A stretch of 64,000 nt of DNA, from positions 4,850-68,849 of the forward strand of contig JAFTCT010000100.1 in NCBI GenBank assembly GCA_017454525.1. Direction: 5' to 3'. This DNA is from Clostridia bacterium. GTDB lineage: Bacteria > Bacillota > Clostridia > Oscillospirales > CAG-272. The notes below the pieces were generated by a model that worked only from the letters and a program-made list of their open reading frames with translations, made no database searches and had not been told where the DNA came from. Made by a program: the position numbers and the translations under genes. This document shows, in pieces, positions 54,404 through 63,073 of this stretch; positions within the stretch are counted from its first letter, which is position 1; each line of letters begins with the position of its first letter.

Positions 54404-55441
54404 TCATGAGAAAAGACCGCATCCGATCAGTCCGACGAAGCAAAACAGCAGGGCGACCGCGGAAAACACCGACACGATCCTGACCTCCGACCATCCGCAT
54501 TTTTCAAAATGATGGTGGATCGGACTCATCTTGAATAAACGCTTTCCATGCGTCAGCTTGAAGTAGCCGACCTGAAGAATGACCGAAAGCGTTTCGAGAA
54601 TATATACGATCCCGAAAAAGATCACGATCAGAGGATTCTTCACAAGAAAGGCAAGACCTATGACGTAGCCGCCGAGAAACAGCGAGCCGGTATCGCCCAT
54701 GAAAACCTTTGCAGGATGAAAATTATAGACAAGAAATCCGCCGCAGCTTCCGATCAGCGCCGCGGACAGGATCAGTCCTTCCTCGTTGCCCGAGGGCGCG
54801 ACGAACGCGCAGAGCACCGTAAAGCCGACGCCGACCGTCAGAGTCACGGAGGAGGACAGCCCGTCGATCCCGTCGGTCAGGTTCACGGCGTTGACGATCC
54901 CGGTCAGCAGGAGCAGGCTGAAAACGTAGTAGAATACTCTGAAAACCGCGCTTGACATCCACGGCACGGCGCCGAAAAAGGGGATATACAGCGCGTCGGC
55001 GGCACGGCCGGGGATCAGTCCGGTGAATACCCCGACGAACAGGAAGACCGCCGCCGCCAAAAACTGCAAGGCATATTTCTGAACGGCGGTCAGTCCCTGA
55101 TTCTGACCTTTTTTGAACTTCGTGCGGTCGTCGACCGTTCCGATCAGACCGTTCAGGAGGGCGTATCCGTACACGAGCGCCAGACCCGCGACGTTTTTCA
55201 GCACTCCGAGCGCCGCGCCGACGGTCACGGCGGCGGCAAGCACGGCGAACGAGGCAATGATGAACGCAAGACCGCCCATTGCAGGCGTACCTTCCTTGTT
55301 CTTATGCCATCTCGGTCCGATATCCAGGATCTTCTGACCCATTTTTTTGCTCTTCAGATAGGGGATCAGAAAGCGCAGTATGATCACGGTCAGCACGAAC
55401 GTCAACAGAAGGACCGCGCCGTACAGAATGCCTTTTGCCAT
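54404..55441 (-). CDS. mraY: phospho-N-acetylmuramoyl-pentapeptide transferase
   Basis: K..TP.MGG, NLTDGIDGL, MGDTGS and HHHFE motifs. Confidence 0.93.
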   Translation of the reverse strand: MAKGILYGAVLLLTFVLTVIILRFLIPYLKSKKMGQKILDIGPRWHKNKEGTPAMGGLAFIIASFAVLAAAVTVGAALGVLKNVAGLALVYGYALLNGLIGTVDDRTKFKKGQNQGLTAVQKYALQFLAAAVFLFVGVFTGLIPGRAADALYIPFFGAVPWMSSAVFRVFYYVFSLLLLTGIVNAVNLTDGIDGLSSSVTLTVGVGFTVLCAFVAPSGNEEGLILSAALIGSCGGFLVYNFHPAKVFMGDTGSLFLGGYVIGLAFLVKNPLIVIFFGIVYILETLSVILQVGYFKLTHGKRLFKMSPIHHHFEKCGWSEVRIVSVFSAVALLFCFVGLIGCGLFS

Positions 55442-55497
55442 ATCGCTTCAACGTCCTTTCTTTTATCTTCCTCATATTTGAATGAAGAGATCCGCCG

Positions 55498-56955
55498 TTA
55501 TCTTTTGGCGAACGCCTCTTTTATGATCTCTTTCTCGTTGTACGGATGCTTTCCCGTTGCGGTGATCTCGTAGTTCTCGTGTCCTTTCCCGGCAACGAGA
55601 ATGATATCGTTCTTTTTCGCGTTGGCGATCACCCATCCGAGCGCTTCCGTACGGTTGCGGATCACTTTATAATTGCTGCGATCCGAGATCCCCGCCAGAA
55701 TATCCTCGATGATCTTCTGCGGATCCTCCGAGCGGCTGTTGTCCGACGTGATGACCGCGAGATCCGCCATTGCCGTCGCGATATTCCCCATCACCGGCCG
55801 CTTGGTCGAATCGCGGTCTCCGCCGCACCCGAACACGACGACGAGCCGCTGCTCGGGCGTTTTGAACGCGCGTATCGTTTTCAGCACGTTTTCAAGGGCG
55901 TCCGGCGTGTGCGCGTAGTCGATCAGCACTGTGAAATCTCCGCCGAGCGGCACCGTTTCCATTCTTCCGGAAACGCCCTGCAGTCTTCTGATCGCCAATG
56001 CGACGTCCTTGCAGGAGGCGCCGCACAACCGCGCGGCCACCGCCGCCGCAAGAGAGTTCGAAACCGAAAACGCGCCGGGGATCGCACAGGAAATGTGGAT
56101 CGCCTCGTTTTCGCTGATCATATCGTATTCGCTGCCGCGGATCCCGTGATACACGATATTCTGCGCGGTAAAATCGGCGTAGCGGCTGTCGCGGCTGTAG
56201 GTATACTTCTCGCCCGTCGCCTGATCGTACATATACTTTCCGTACGTATCGTCCGCGTTGATCACGGAGATCTTGCTGATCTTGAAAAGTTTCGCCTTCG
56301 CTTTCGCATAGTTCGCCATCGTTCCGTGATAGTCGAGATGATCGGGCGTAAGATTCGTAAAGATGCCGATCAGCGGCGTCACGGGGGCGAGTTTTTCATA
56401 GTCGAGCGCGTGGGAGGACGCTTCCATTACAAGGTACTCCACGTGAGCGTCGCGCATATCCGCGAAGAGTTTGTAGAGCTGCGAGGGGATCGGCGTTGTC
56501 ATACTGCTCTGCACCTCGGTCGAACCGATCATGTTCCTGATCGTGCCGATCACGCCGGTCTTTTTGCCCATTTCCTCAAGGATGCTCTTGAGCATATACG
56601 TGATACTGGTCTTTCCGTTCGTCCCGGTGACCGCTATGATCTTCAGCGCTTCCGCCGGTCTTCCGTAGTAATTGCTCCACATGAACGCGTCCGCTTTCCT
56701 TGTGGAATTTACGGTCACATGCGGGTAAGACGCATACTCTTCTCCGATATGCTCGCAAACGATCACGGCGGCGCCGCCCTCGATCGCCCGACCGATATAA
56801 TCGTGCCCGTCGAAATGTTCCCCCGCGAGGCACAGAAACGCTTTTCCGCGCAGGTCTTCCCTGCTGTCTCCGGAAATACCGGCGATCTCACGGTCCAGAA
56901 CGCCGTCAGAACATTCCGTCACCGTTACGCCCTCAAGAAGCTCCCTCAGTTTCAT
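55498..56955 (-). CDS. murE: UDP-N-acetylmuramoyl-L-alanyl-D-glutamate--2,6-diaminopimelate ligase
   Basis: VTGTNGKTS P-loop, Mur ligase middle and C-terminal domains. TSDNSRSEDP is a variant of the DNPR motif associated with meso-DAP-adding enzymes. Confidence 0.88.
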   Translation of the reverse strand: MKLRELLEGVTVTECSDGVLDREIAGISGDSREDLRGKAFLCLAGEHFDGHDYIGRAIEGGAAVIVCEHIGEEYASYPHVTVNSTRKADAFMWSNYYGRPAEALKIIAVTGTNGKTSITYMLKSILEEMGKKTGVIGTIRNMIGSTEVQSSMTTPIPSQLYKLFADMRDAHVEYLVMEASSHALDYEKLAPVTPLIGIFTNLTPDHLDYHGTMANYAKAKAKLFKISKISVINADDTYGKYMYDQATGEKYTYSRDSRYADFTAQNIVYHGIRGSEYDMISENEAIHISCAIPGAFSVSNSLAAAVAARLCGASCKDVALAIRRLQGVSGRMETVPLGGDFTVLIDYAHTPDALENVLKTIRAFKTPEQRLVVVFGCGGDRDSTKRPVMGNIATAMADLAVITSDNSRSEDPQKIIEDILAGISDRSNYKVIRNRTEALGWVIANAKKNDIILVAGKGHENYEITATGKHPYNEKEIIKEAFAKR

Positions 56956-56970
56956 ACTGTGATCCTTTCT

Positions 56971-59238
56971 TTATGTGTTGTCGTCAACGCCGTCGGTATG
57001 CATGCTTTCGATCACGACCACGGTCCCCGCGGGCACTTTGGTCCCCGGAGCGACCGACTGCGACATCACGCGCGCGCCCGTGCCCGCCTCATAGTTCACC
57101 GAGCCGGTGATCTCCACGTTCAGTCCGGCGGATACGAGCTTCGTGATCGCGGCAGAGACCTTATACCGTTCGCTCTCGCTGTACTGCACGACGTTCGGGA
57201 CCTCCACGAACGCCGTTTCGGGCGCCGGCGGGATCTCACCGTCCGGATCGCAGACGTAAAGGTAGACCTTTCCGTTTTCCACACGCATCTGCTCTCCCTG
57301 CGCCGGGATCTGCGCATACACTTTCGTGCCGCTGCCGACGACGTTGCAGACGACGCCGGCTTTTTCGATCTGCGCGATCGCATAAGACAGGTCGTTCTTT
57401 GTATAGTCTTCGACCGTGAAAGTGCGCTGCGCCAGTTCCTCAGCGGTATATACTCTGCCGACGCCGAGATGCTGCAGCGTTTCGTCGATCACGCCCGCAA
57501 CGTAGGGCGCCGCCACGGTACCGCCGGATTTTACGGGCGTTCCGGGCTCGTCAACGATGATCAGCACGGCGATCTGCGGGTCGTCCGCCGGCGCGAACGC
57601 CACCGTGGAGCCGACGCGCAGCGTTTTGTCGGCGGCGTCTCTCTTCTCGGAGGTACCGGTCTTCGCCGCAACTCTGTAACCCGCGACGTAGGCGTTCTTG
57701 GCAACGCCGCTGATCACGCCCTCGCTGAGTATCGCCGCAAGTTCCGAGCAGACCTCCGAGCTCAGGATCTGCCGTTTCTCGCTCTTGTCCGTATAGGAGA
57801 TCACGACGTTCCCGTTATTGTCGATCACGCTGTCCACAACGTGCGGCCGGACGACGTATCCGCCGTTCGCGACGGTGCAGACCGCCGAGATCTGCTGGAT
57901 CGGCGTCGTTTTGAACGTCTGACCGAAGGAGGACGTGGCGAGTTCCACGGCGTTGAACTTGCTGAACGTGTGATTGATGCCCGCAGATTCGCCCGGGAGA
58001 TCGATGCCGGTCTTCTCGGTATAACCGAATTCCTCAAAATATTTCCAGAAGGTCTCTCTGCCCACTCTTGCCGCGACCTGCATCATACAGGGGTTGCAGG
58101 ACTGCTCGAGCAGGTGCGCGAAGGTGTCCGTGCCGTGTCCGGTAAGTTTGTGACATTTGATCGTCGTTCCCGCGACGTTCAATTTCCCCGTGCAGGTCAG
58201 CATGGTGTCCGGCTTTACCGTGCCCGTCTCCAGAGCGATCGCCGACGTGACGATCTTGAAGGTCGATCCGGGCTCATAGGTATCGGAGACGCATTTGTTT
58301 TTCCACATCTCGTAGATGTACTGCCATTTCAGAGTATTATACGCTTCGCTGTCCTTACTGAGTCCGGAAAACAGCAGTTTTTCGGCATACTCGTCCGTCA
58401 GCGTATAGGGCGTATTGAGATCGAAGCCCCAGTTCGTCGCCATCGCGCGGATCGCCCCGGTGTGAACGTCCATTACGATCCCGCAAACGTTGTTGCCCGC
58501 GAGATTTTCCTTATAGGTCTGTTCAAGATAGTTCTGAAGGATCGCCTGCACGTTCATATCGAGCGTTGTCACCAGCGAATACCCGTTCTTCGGATCGATC
58601 TTGCTCTCATATTTGCTGGGCATACTCTGATTGCGCGCGTTCTTGGCAGAAATGTATTTGCCGTCCGTGCCGGTCAGCAGTTCGTCGTACTGCAGTTCCA
58701 GTCCGAAAAGTCCCGCGTCGGTGCCCAGATAGCCGATGACCTGTGCGGCGAGGTTTTTATAGGGATAATACCGCTTGGACGTCGCCTCCAGATAGATCTG
58801 CTGCCTGAAGCCGCTCTCGTCGATAAACTGTCTGACCTTGTCCGCCGTCGCTTTATCCACGTCCTTCTTGATCGTTTCGTCCTTGCGCGTCGTTTTCAGG
58901 GCGCGCTCCATGACGTCTTCGTATCTGACGTCGAGGATCGACGAAAGTTTTTTGCAGATCTTGTCTCTGTCCGCTTCCGCGATATCCGCGGGAGAAATGA
59001 ACACGCGGTAGGTCGTGACGTTCACCGCGAGCCCCTGTCCGTTGCAGTCGAGGATCTTCCCGCGCTCCGCTTTGATCACGTTTTCCTGGATGAGGTTATC
59101 TAAGACCTTTCCGAGATAGAGATCGTAATTGACGATCTGCAGATTGATCAGACTTCCGACCAGGATCGCCGCCGCAACGAACAACGCGGCGACGACCGTC
59201 AGCGTTCTTTTATAAAACGGATCACGCGCTCTTTTCAT
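56971..59238 (-). CDS. class B penicillin-binding protein (PBP2B/SpoVD-like) with two C-terminal PASTA domains
   Basis: TM anchor, PBP dimerisation domain, STFK (SxxK), SCN (SxN), KTGT boxes and two PASTA-like repeats. The ATG at 59238 sits behind a GGAGG RBS. Confidence 0.9.
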   Translation of the reverse strand: MKRARDPFYKRTLTVVAALFVAAAILVGSLINLQIVNYDLYLGKVLDNLIQENVIKAERGKILDCNGQGLAVNVTTYRVFISPADIAEADRDKICKKLSSILDVRYEDVMERALKTTRKDETIKKDVDKATADKVRQFIDESGFRQQIYLEATSKRYYPYKNLAAQVIGYLGTDAGLFGLELQYDELLTGTDGKYISAKNARNQSMPSKYESKIDPKNGYSLVTTLDMNVQAILQNYLEQTYKENLAGNNVCGIVMDVHTGAIRAMATNWGFDLNTPYTLTDEYAEKLLFSGLSKDSEAYNTLKWQYIYEMWKNKCVSDTYEPGSTFKIVTSAIALETGTVKPDTMLTCTGKLNVAGTTIKCHKLTGHGTDTFAHLLEQSCNPCMMQVAARVGRETFWKYFEEFGYTEKTGIDLPGESAGINHTFSKFNAVELATSSFGQTFKTTPIQQISAVCTVANGGYVVRPHVVDSVIDNNGNVVISYTDKSEKRQILSSEVCSELAAILSEGVISGVAKNAYVAGYRVAAKTGTSEKRDAADKTLRVGSTVAFAPADDPQIAVLIIVDEPGTPVKSGGTVAAPYVAGVIDETLQHLGVGRVYTAEELAQRTFTVEDYTKNDLSYAIAQIEKAGVVCNVVGSGTKVYAQIPAQGEQMRVENGKVYLYVCDPDGEIPPAPETAFVEVPNVVQYSESERYKVSAAITKLVSAGLNVEITGSVNYEAGTGARVMSQSVAPGTKVPAGTVVVIESMHTDGVDDNT

Positions 59239-59280
59239 TCCGGCACCTCCTCTTCTCGGTATCAAAAAACGGTATAATAT

Positions 59281-59309
59281 ATTTTAACACAGTAAATGTA
59301 CAATGTCAA
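59281..59309 (-). promoter_or_regulatory. internal dcw promoter in front of the class B PBP gene
   Basis: Minus-strand TTGACA - 17 nt - TAAAAT, ~40 nt upstream of the GGAGG-ATG. Confidence 0.55.
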
Positions 59310-59376
59310 TATACGAGCCTGCGTCAAAGAAAAACTTTTCTCTTCAATGTATTCGCTTTTTCTTCAGAATATACAA

Positions 59377-59411
59377 ATTGAGAGTAAACCGGTTTTGGTC
59401 CTACTCTCAAT
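59377..59411 (-). other. intergenic stem-loop between the ftsL-like gene and the PBP gene (attenuator, partial terminator or processing site)
   Basis: attgagagta / tactctcaat perfect 10-bp inverted repeat with a 15-nt loop. Minus-sense it is followed by tttgtatatt. Confidence 0.4.
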
Positions 59412-59493
59412 TACGTATCTTCTATTCCTCCTCCCGCGGCGCGCCAGCGGCGGCGGCAGGTCTGAAAAAATGACTTCCGTACGCGCCGCGGTC

Positions 59494-60156
59494 TCATTCT
59501 CCGGTGAACGCGTCGATCACGTCGAAGAAATTCTTCGCCAAGGCGTTGAGCACGGTCGTGAACACGGCGTCGCTCTCTTCCGGAACGTCGTACTCGTTGA
59601 TCTTTTCGGTCTTCTCGGGCGTGACGGCGACGGGCGGGTTCATTTTGCCCTCTTCGACCATTCCCATGGATTCCGCGCGCTGCTCTATGTATTTTTTCAA
59701 TTCCTCAACGCTGTTTTTTTCGTCAAGACGGGAGGTCAGTTCATCCTTCTTTTTCTCCAGTCTTCCGACTTCCGCGCTCATTTCGGAAATATCCTTGGTG
59801 AACTCGTTGATGCGAACGAAATTGAAGATCAAAGACATGAACAGAAGCGTGCAAATCACGCTCGCGATCAACGTTACCACGGGAAAGGGACGGCGCACGC
59901 CGCTCTTCACCGTGTGGATCCCTCTGTTTTTCTTCGTTTTGACCGCTTTGCTGCCCAGAAACTCGCCGTCGCTGATAGAAAGATCTCCGAGTTGTCCCGC
60001 GGGTTCGACCGATCTGACGTTCTCTTCCTTGATCTCGTCTTTCTTATTCTTTTTCGCAGAAAGCGGTTCTTCCGCCGGGACTCTGCCGATCTTCCCCCCG
60101 CGGTCGATCACGGGATCGCTCATATACGGCTTGTCTTTTCCGGTGTTTCTCTTCAT
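59494..60156 (-). CDS. ftsL: FtsL-like cell division protein (TM + coiled coil) with a long basic N-terminal extension
   Basis: Single TM (VVTLIASVICTLLFMSLIF) followed by a heptad-like EMSAEVGRLEKKKDELTSRLDE. Sits in the canonical slot between rsmH and the PBP. Confidence 0.65.
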   Translation of the reverse strand: MKRNTGKDKPYMSDPVIDRGGKIGRVPAEEPLSAKKNKKDEIKEENVRSVEPAGQLGDLSISDGEFLGSKAVKTKKNRGIHTVKSGVRRPFPVVTLIASVICTLLFMSLIFNFVRINEFTKDISEMSAEVGRLEKKKDELTSRLDEKNSVEELKKYIEQRAESMGMVEEGKMNPPVAVTPEKTEKINEYDVPEESDAVFTTVLNALAKNFFDVIDAFTGE

Positions 60157-60203
60157 TTTATCGTCCTTTCCCCGGGACGTCGTCCCCGGAAACCGAATTA
60201 TCT

Positions 60204-61145
60204 TCAGATTTTTTCAACGCTGCGGAGCCGTGCGCTCCTGCTCCTCGGGTTCTCGGCAAGTTCCTTCTCCTGCGGCGCGATCCCCTTATCGATCAGCCGG
60301 ACGAGCGGTTTCTTTCCGCAAATACACACCGGGAACTCCTTCGGACAGGTGCATCCGGATGACAGCGATGCGAACGTCGTTTTGGTGATCCTGTCTTCCA
60401 GCGAATGGAAGGTGATGACCGCCAGGCGCCCTCCCTTTTTCAGTCTTGACACGATCGTGCGCAGCGTCGGCTCGATCACCGAAAGCTCGCTGTTGACTTC
60501 GATGCGGATCGCCTGAAAAGTCTTTTTGGCGGGGTGATGCCCCCCCGTAAGCGCTTTTACGGGAAGCGCGTTTTTGATGAGGGCGACGAGTTCGCCCGTG
60601 GTTTCGATCTCTTTTTCCGCGCGCGCTCTGACGATCGCGGAGGCGATCTGAGGCGCGAACCGTTCTTCACCGTAGGTATACAGGATCCGTTTGATCTCGT
60701 TTTCGGAATAACCGTTGACCACGTCTTTTGCGGTGAGCGTCTGCGTGCGGTCCATGCGCATATCAAGCGGCGCGTCCTTCATATAGGAGAAACCGCGCTC
60801 GGCGGTATCGAGCTGATAGGACGAGACGCCGAGATCTATCAGCGCGCCGTCGATCGACGGGATCCCGCACGCGTCGAGCACGGCGCCGACCGCCTCGAAA
60901 TTGCTTTTGATCACTGTAACGCGGTCGCCGAACGCCTCCAGACGCGTCCTGCACGCCGCCAGCGCGTCGTCGTCGCGATCGATGCAGATCAATCTGCCTT
61001 TCTCGCCGAGTTTCCCGACGATCCCGAGACTGTGACCTCCGCCGCCGCACGTACAGTCGACGTACACGCCGTCCGGCACGATGCGCAGCGCCGAGATCGC
61101 CTCTTCCTTCATGACCGAATAGTGCGAAAACACGATTTCTTCCAT
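60204..61145 (-). CDS. rsmH: 16S rRNA (cytosine1402-N4)-methyltransferase
   Basis: H.SVM..E, DCT.GGGGHS, D.GVSS.Q.D and FHSLEDR motifs. Confidence 0.93.
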   Translation of the reverse strand: MEEIVFSHYSVMKEEAISALRIVPDGVYVDCTCGGGGHSLGIVGKLGEKGRLICIDRDDDALAACRTRLEAFGDRVTVIKSNFEAVGAVLDACGIPSIDGALIDLGVSSYQLDTAERGFSYMKDAPLDMRMDRTQTLTAKDVVNGYSENEIKRILYTYGEERFAPQIASAIVRARAEKEIETTGELVALIKNALPVKALTGGHHPAKKTFQAIRIEVNSELSVIEPTLRTIVSRLKKGGRLAVITFHSLEDRITKTTFASLSSGCTCPKEFPVCICGKKPLVRLIDKGIAPQEKELAENPRSRSARLRSVEKI

Positions 61146-61168
61146 CTGGCAGTCCCCTGTTGTCCGGT

Positions 61169-61591
61169 TCAGCCGAGTCCGAGTTCAAGAAGTTCTTTCT
61201 CGAGTTCTTCCGCCGTAACGCTGTTCTTGAAGCTGTCGAACGCCGCGGTGTCCCAGATCTCCGCTTTTTCACCGACGCCGATCACCGTGACGTCCCTTCC
61301 CAGTCCCGCGTAATCGCGCAGGTAAGCCGGGATCAGCACCCTGCCCTGCGCGTCCACTTCCGTCTCCCTTGCCGTTGAAAGAAGCAGACGTGTCGCGTTC
61401 CTTGTTTTCACGAGAGGAAGCGCCTTGATCTTTGCGACGTATTTTTCCCATTCCGCCGCCGGATAGATGCATACGCAGCGGTCTATATCGCGCGCGAGGA
61501 AAACGGTGTCGCCGAGTTCCGTGCGAAACCTGGCGGGCAGGAACATTCTTCCCTTCGCATCCACTGTATGTCCGTACTCTCCGTACATCAT
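61169..61591 (-). CDS. mraZ: transcriptional regulator MraZ
   Basis: Duplicated SpoVT/AbrB-like halves with D.KGR...P motifs (VDAKGRMFLP and VDAQGRVLIP), 140 aa. Confidence 0.92.
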   Translation of the reverse strand: MMYGEYGHTVDAKGRMFLPARFRTELGDTVFLARDIDRCVCIYPAAEWEKYVAKIKALPLVKTRNATRLLLSTARETEVDAQGRVLIPAYLRDYAGLGRDVTVIGVGEKAEIWDTAAFDSFKNSVTAEELEKELLELGLG

Positions 61592-61751
61592 GGCCGTTTC
61601 CTCCTTTCGCGTGAGATTTTGCAGTGCGGAATGCCGCTTTTTTTATGCATTGCGGCGATGATCCTGTCGTGCGGCGCTATTTTTGTTGTTATTTTCACCA
61701 CAAATCAACATTTCTGTTTTTCAAACGTGCACTTTTCACCACCGCAACAAA

Positions 61752-61780
61752 ATTATAGCAAAGAGGTTTTTCTTTTTCAA
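61752..61780 (-). promoter_or_regulatory. sigma-A-type promoter of the mraZ/dcw operon
   Basis: Minus-strand TTGAAA - 17 nt - TATAAT. It predicts a ~150-nt leader. Confidence 0.55.
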
Positions 61781-61823
61781 GCGTTTGTATTCCATTTCAC
61801 CTCCGATCCCGAAAAAAGAGGAC

Positions 61824-61863
61824 AAAAAAAACCGAACAAAAAACAAAACGGTTTTTTGTTCGG
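61824..61863 (-). terminator. rho-independent terminator after coaD
   Basis: Minus-sense CCGAACAAAAAAC / GTTTTTTGTTCGG stem followed by T8. Confidence 0.75.
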
Positions 61864-61930
61864 ATCTTGATTAGAACGTATATTCTTTTTTGGAAATTTC
61901 AATAAAAATTTACATTTTTTTACAACAGCA

Positions 61931-62512
61931 TTATTCCTTCTTTTTTCGGTTTTTTCTCTTCGTTTCTTCTTCGGTCAGCACAGGCATCGCTTCTTCCGGG
62001 ACCAGCCCCTCCGGCGTCTCCCCTTTATCCAGCAGCGCGCGCACGTAAGAGGAACTGAGATGCTCATACGCGCCCTCGCTTCTGATCAGTTCGGTCCTCA
62101 AAGTCGGCAGGGCGCTCTGATTGAAGCGCGCCATTTCCTCCTCGTACGCAAGGTCCTTTTCGTCTCTCCAGCCGCGCACCGTGACCCGGATCCTCTTCCT
62201 CTTCGCATACTCCCAGAGCATTCCGCCGTCCGCGTCCACCGTAACGTTTTCATACCGCGCGCACGCCGCGCGCAGCATTTCCAGCCGCTTCTCAAGGGAA
62301 AACCGATAGGTCTTATCCTTATTTACAAAGATCACGGCGTAGACCTTCCTGTATTTTTCGGAGGCGTGCCTGATCAGCGCCATGTGTCCCTCCGTCACCG
62401 GGTCGTAACTGCCGGGGACCAGCGCGGTGATCGCTTTTTTTGCCGTTCTCTTTGCCGCCGGACCGTACGGCTTCGCGTCGGGGATACGGTGATCACTCGT
62501 TTTCGTCTTCAT
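61931..62512 (-). CDS. coaD: phosphopantetheine adenylyltransferase
   Basis: PGSYDPVTEGH (T/HxGH-type) nucleotidyltransferase motif. The start is uncertain: the ATG at 62512 gives a ~27-aa N-terminal extension, and the ORF-track start at 62614 would overlap rsmD extensively. Confidence 0.8.
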   Translation of the reverse strand: MKTKTSDHRIPDAKPYGPAAKRTAKKAITALVPGSYDPVTEGHMALIRHASEKYRKVYAVIFVNKDKTYRFSLEKRLEMLRAACARYENVTVDADGGMLWEYAKRKRIRVTVRGWRDEKDLAYEEEMARFNQSALPTLRTELIRSEGAYEHLSSSYVRALLDKGETPEGLVPEEAMPVLTEEETKRKNRKKKE

Positions 62513-63056
62513 TTGTTTCCTTCTCAAGCAGCGTGATATAGATTTTGCCGTAGCGGGCGTGCCTCCTAACGGCGTACCCTTCCGCCTCGACCGGTTCGGG
62601 TCTGTCGCTTTCACATACCACGAGCGCTCCCGTCGCCGCCAGCCCCGCGCGCGTCACGCGGTCCAGCGCGTCCTTTACAAGATCCAGAGCGTAGGGTGGA
62701 TCGAGAAAAATCACGTCGTACCGCTCTTTTCCGGCGTTCCCGCGGATGAACGACTTGTAGTCCGCGTTCAGGATCACGCATTTGTCGAAGAGTTTCGTCT
62801 TCTTCGCGTTCGCTTTGATCACTTCGACGGCTTCGCGGTTCACGTCGACGAAAGTCGCTTTCACCGCGCCTCTCGACAGCGCTTCCAGTCCCATTTGACC
62901 CGATCCTCCGAAAAGGTCGAGCACTCTCTTTCCGTCAAGTTCGAACTGGATCATACTGAAGATCGCTTCCTTGACGCGTTCGGCGGTGGGCCGGGTCTCG
63001 AGTCCGTCAAGCGTCTGCAGTTTTGTTCCTCTGGCACTTCCTGTGATGATTCTCAT
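62493..63056 (-). CDS. rsmD: 16S rRNA (guanine966-N2)-methyltransferase
   Basis: RIITG..RG..L....G...RPT, DLF.GSG..G.EALSRGA and DPPY motifs. Confidence 0.9.
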   Translation of the reverse strand: MRIITGSARGTKLQTLDGLETRPTAERVKEAIFSMIQFELDGKRVLDLFGGSGQMGLEALSRGAVKATFVDVNREAVEVIKANAKKTKLFDKCVILNADYKSFIRGNAGKERYDVIFLDPPYALDLVKDALDRVTRAGLAATGALVVCESDRPEPVEAEGYAVRRHARYGKIYITLLEKETNEDENE

Positions 63057-63073
63057 TGATACCTCCCGTTACT

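Noticed and set aside
55546-59103. A 1185-aa ORF on the plus strand, the longest ORF in the window.
   Set aside because: It is exactly antisense to murE and the class B PBP, both of which carry unmistakable catalytic motifs. Its translation is Arg/Asp/His-rich and low-complexity with no motif. Long shadow ORFs like this are typical of GC-rich coding DNA.
62513-62614. N-terminal extension of the coaD ORF (ORF-track start at 62614).
   Set aside because: It would overlap the last ~120 nt of rsmD in another frame, and the extra residues are Arg/Lys/Thr-rich. The ATG at 62512 or a nearer non-ATG start is more plausible.
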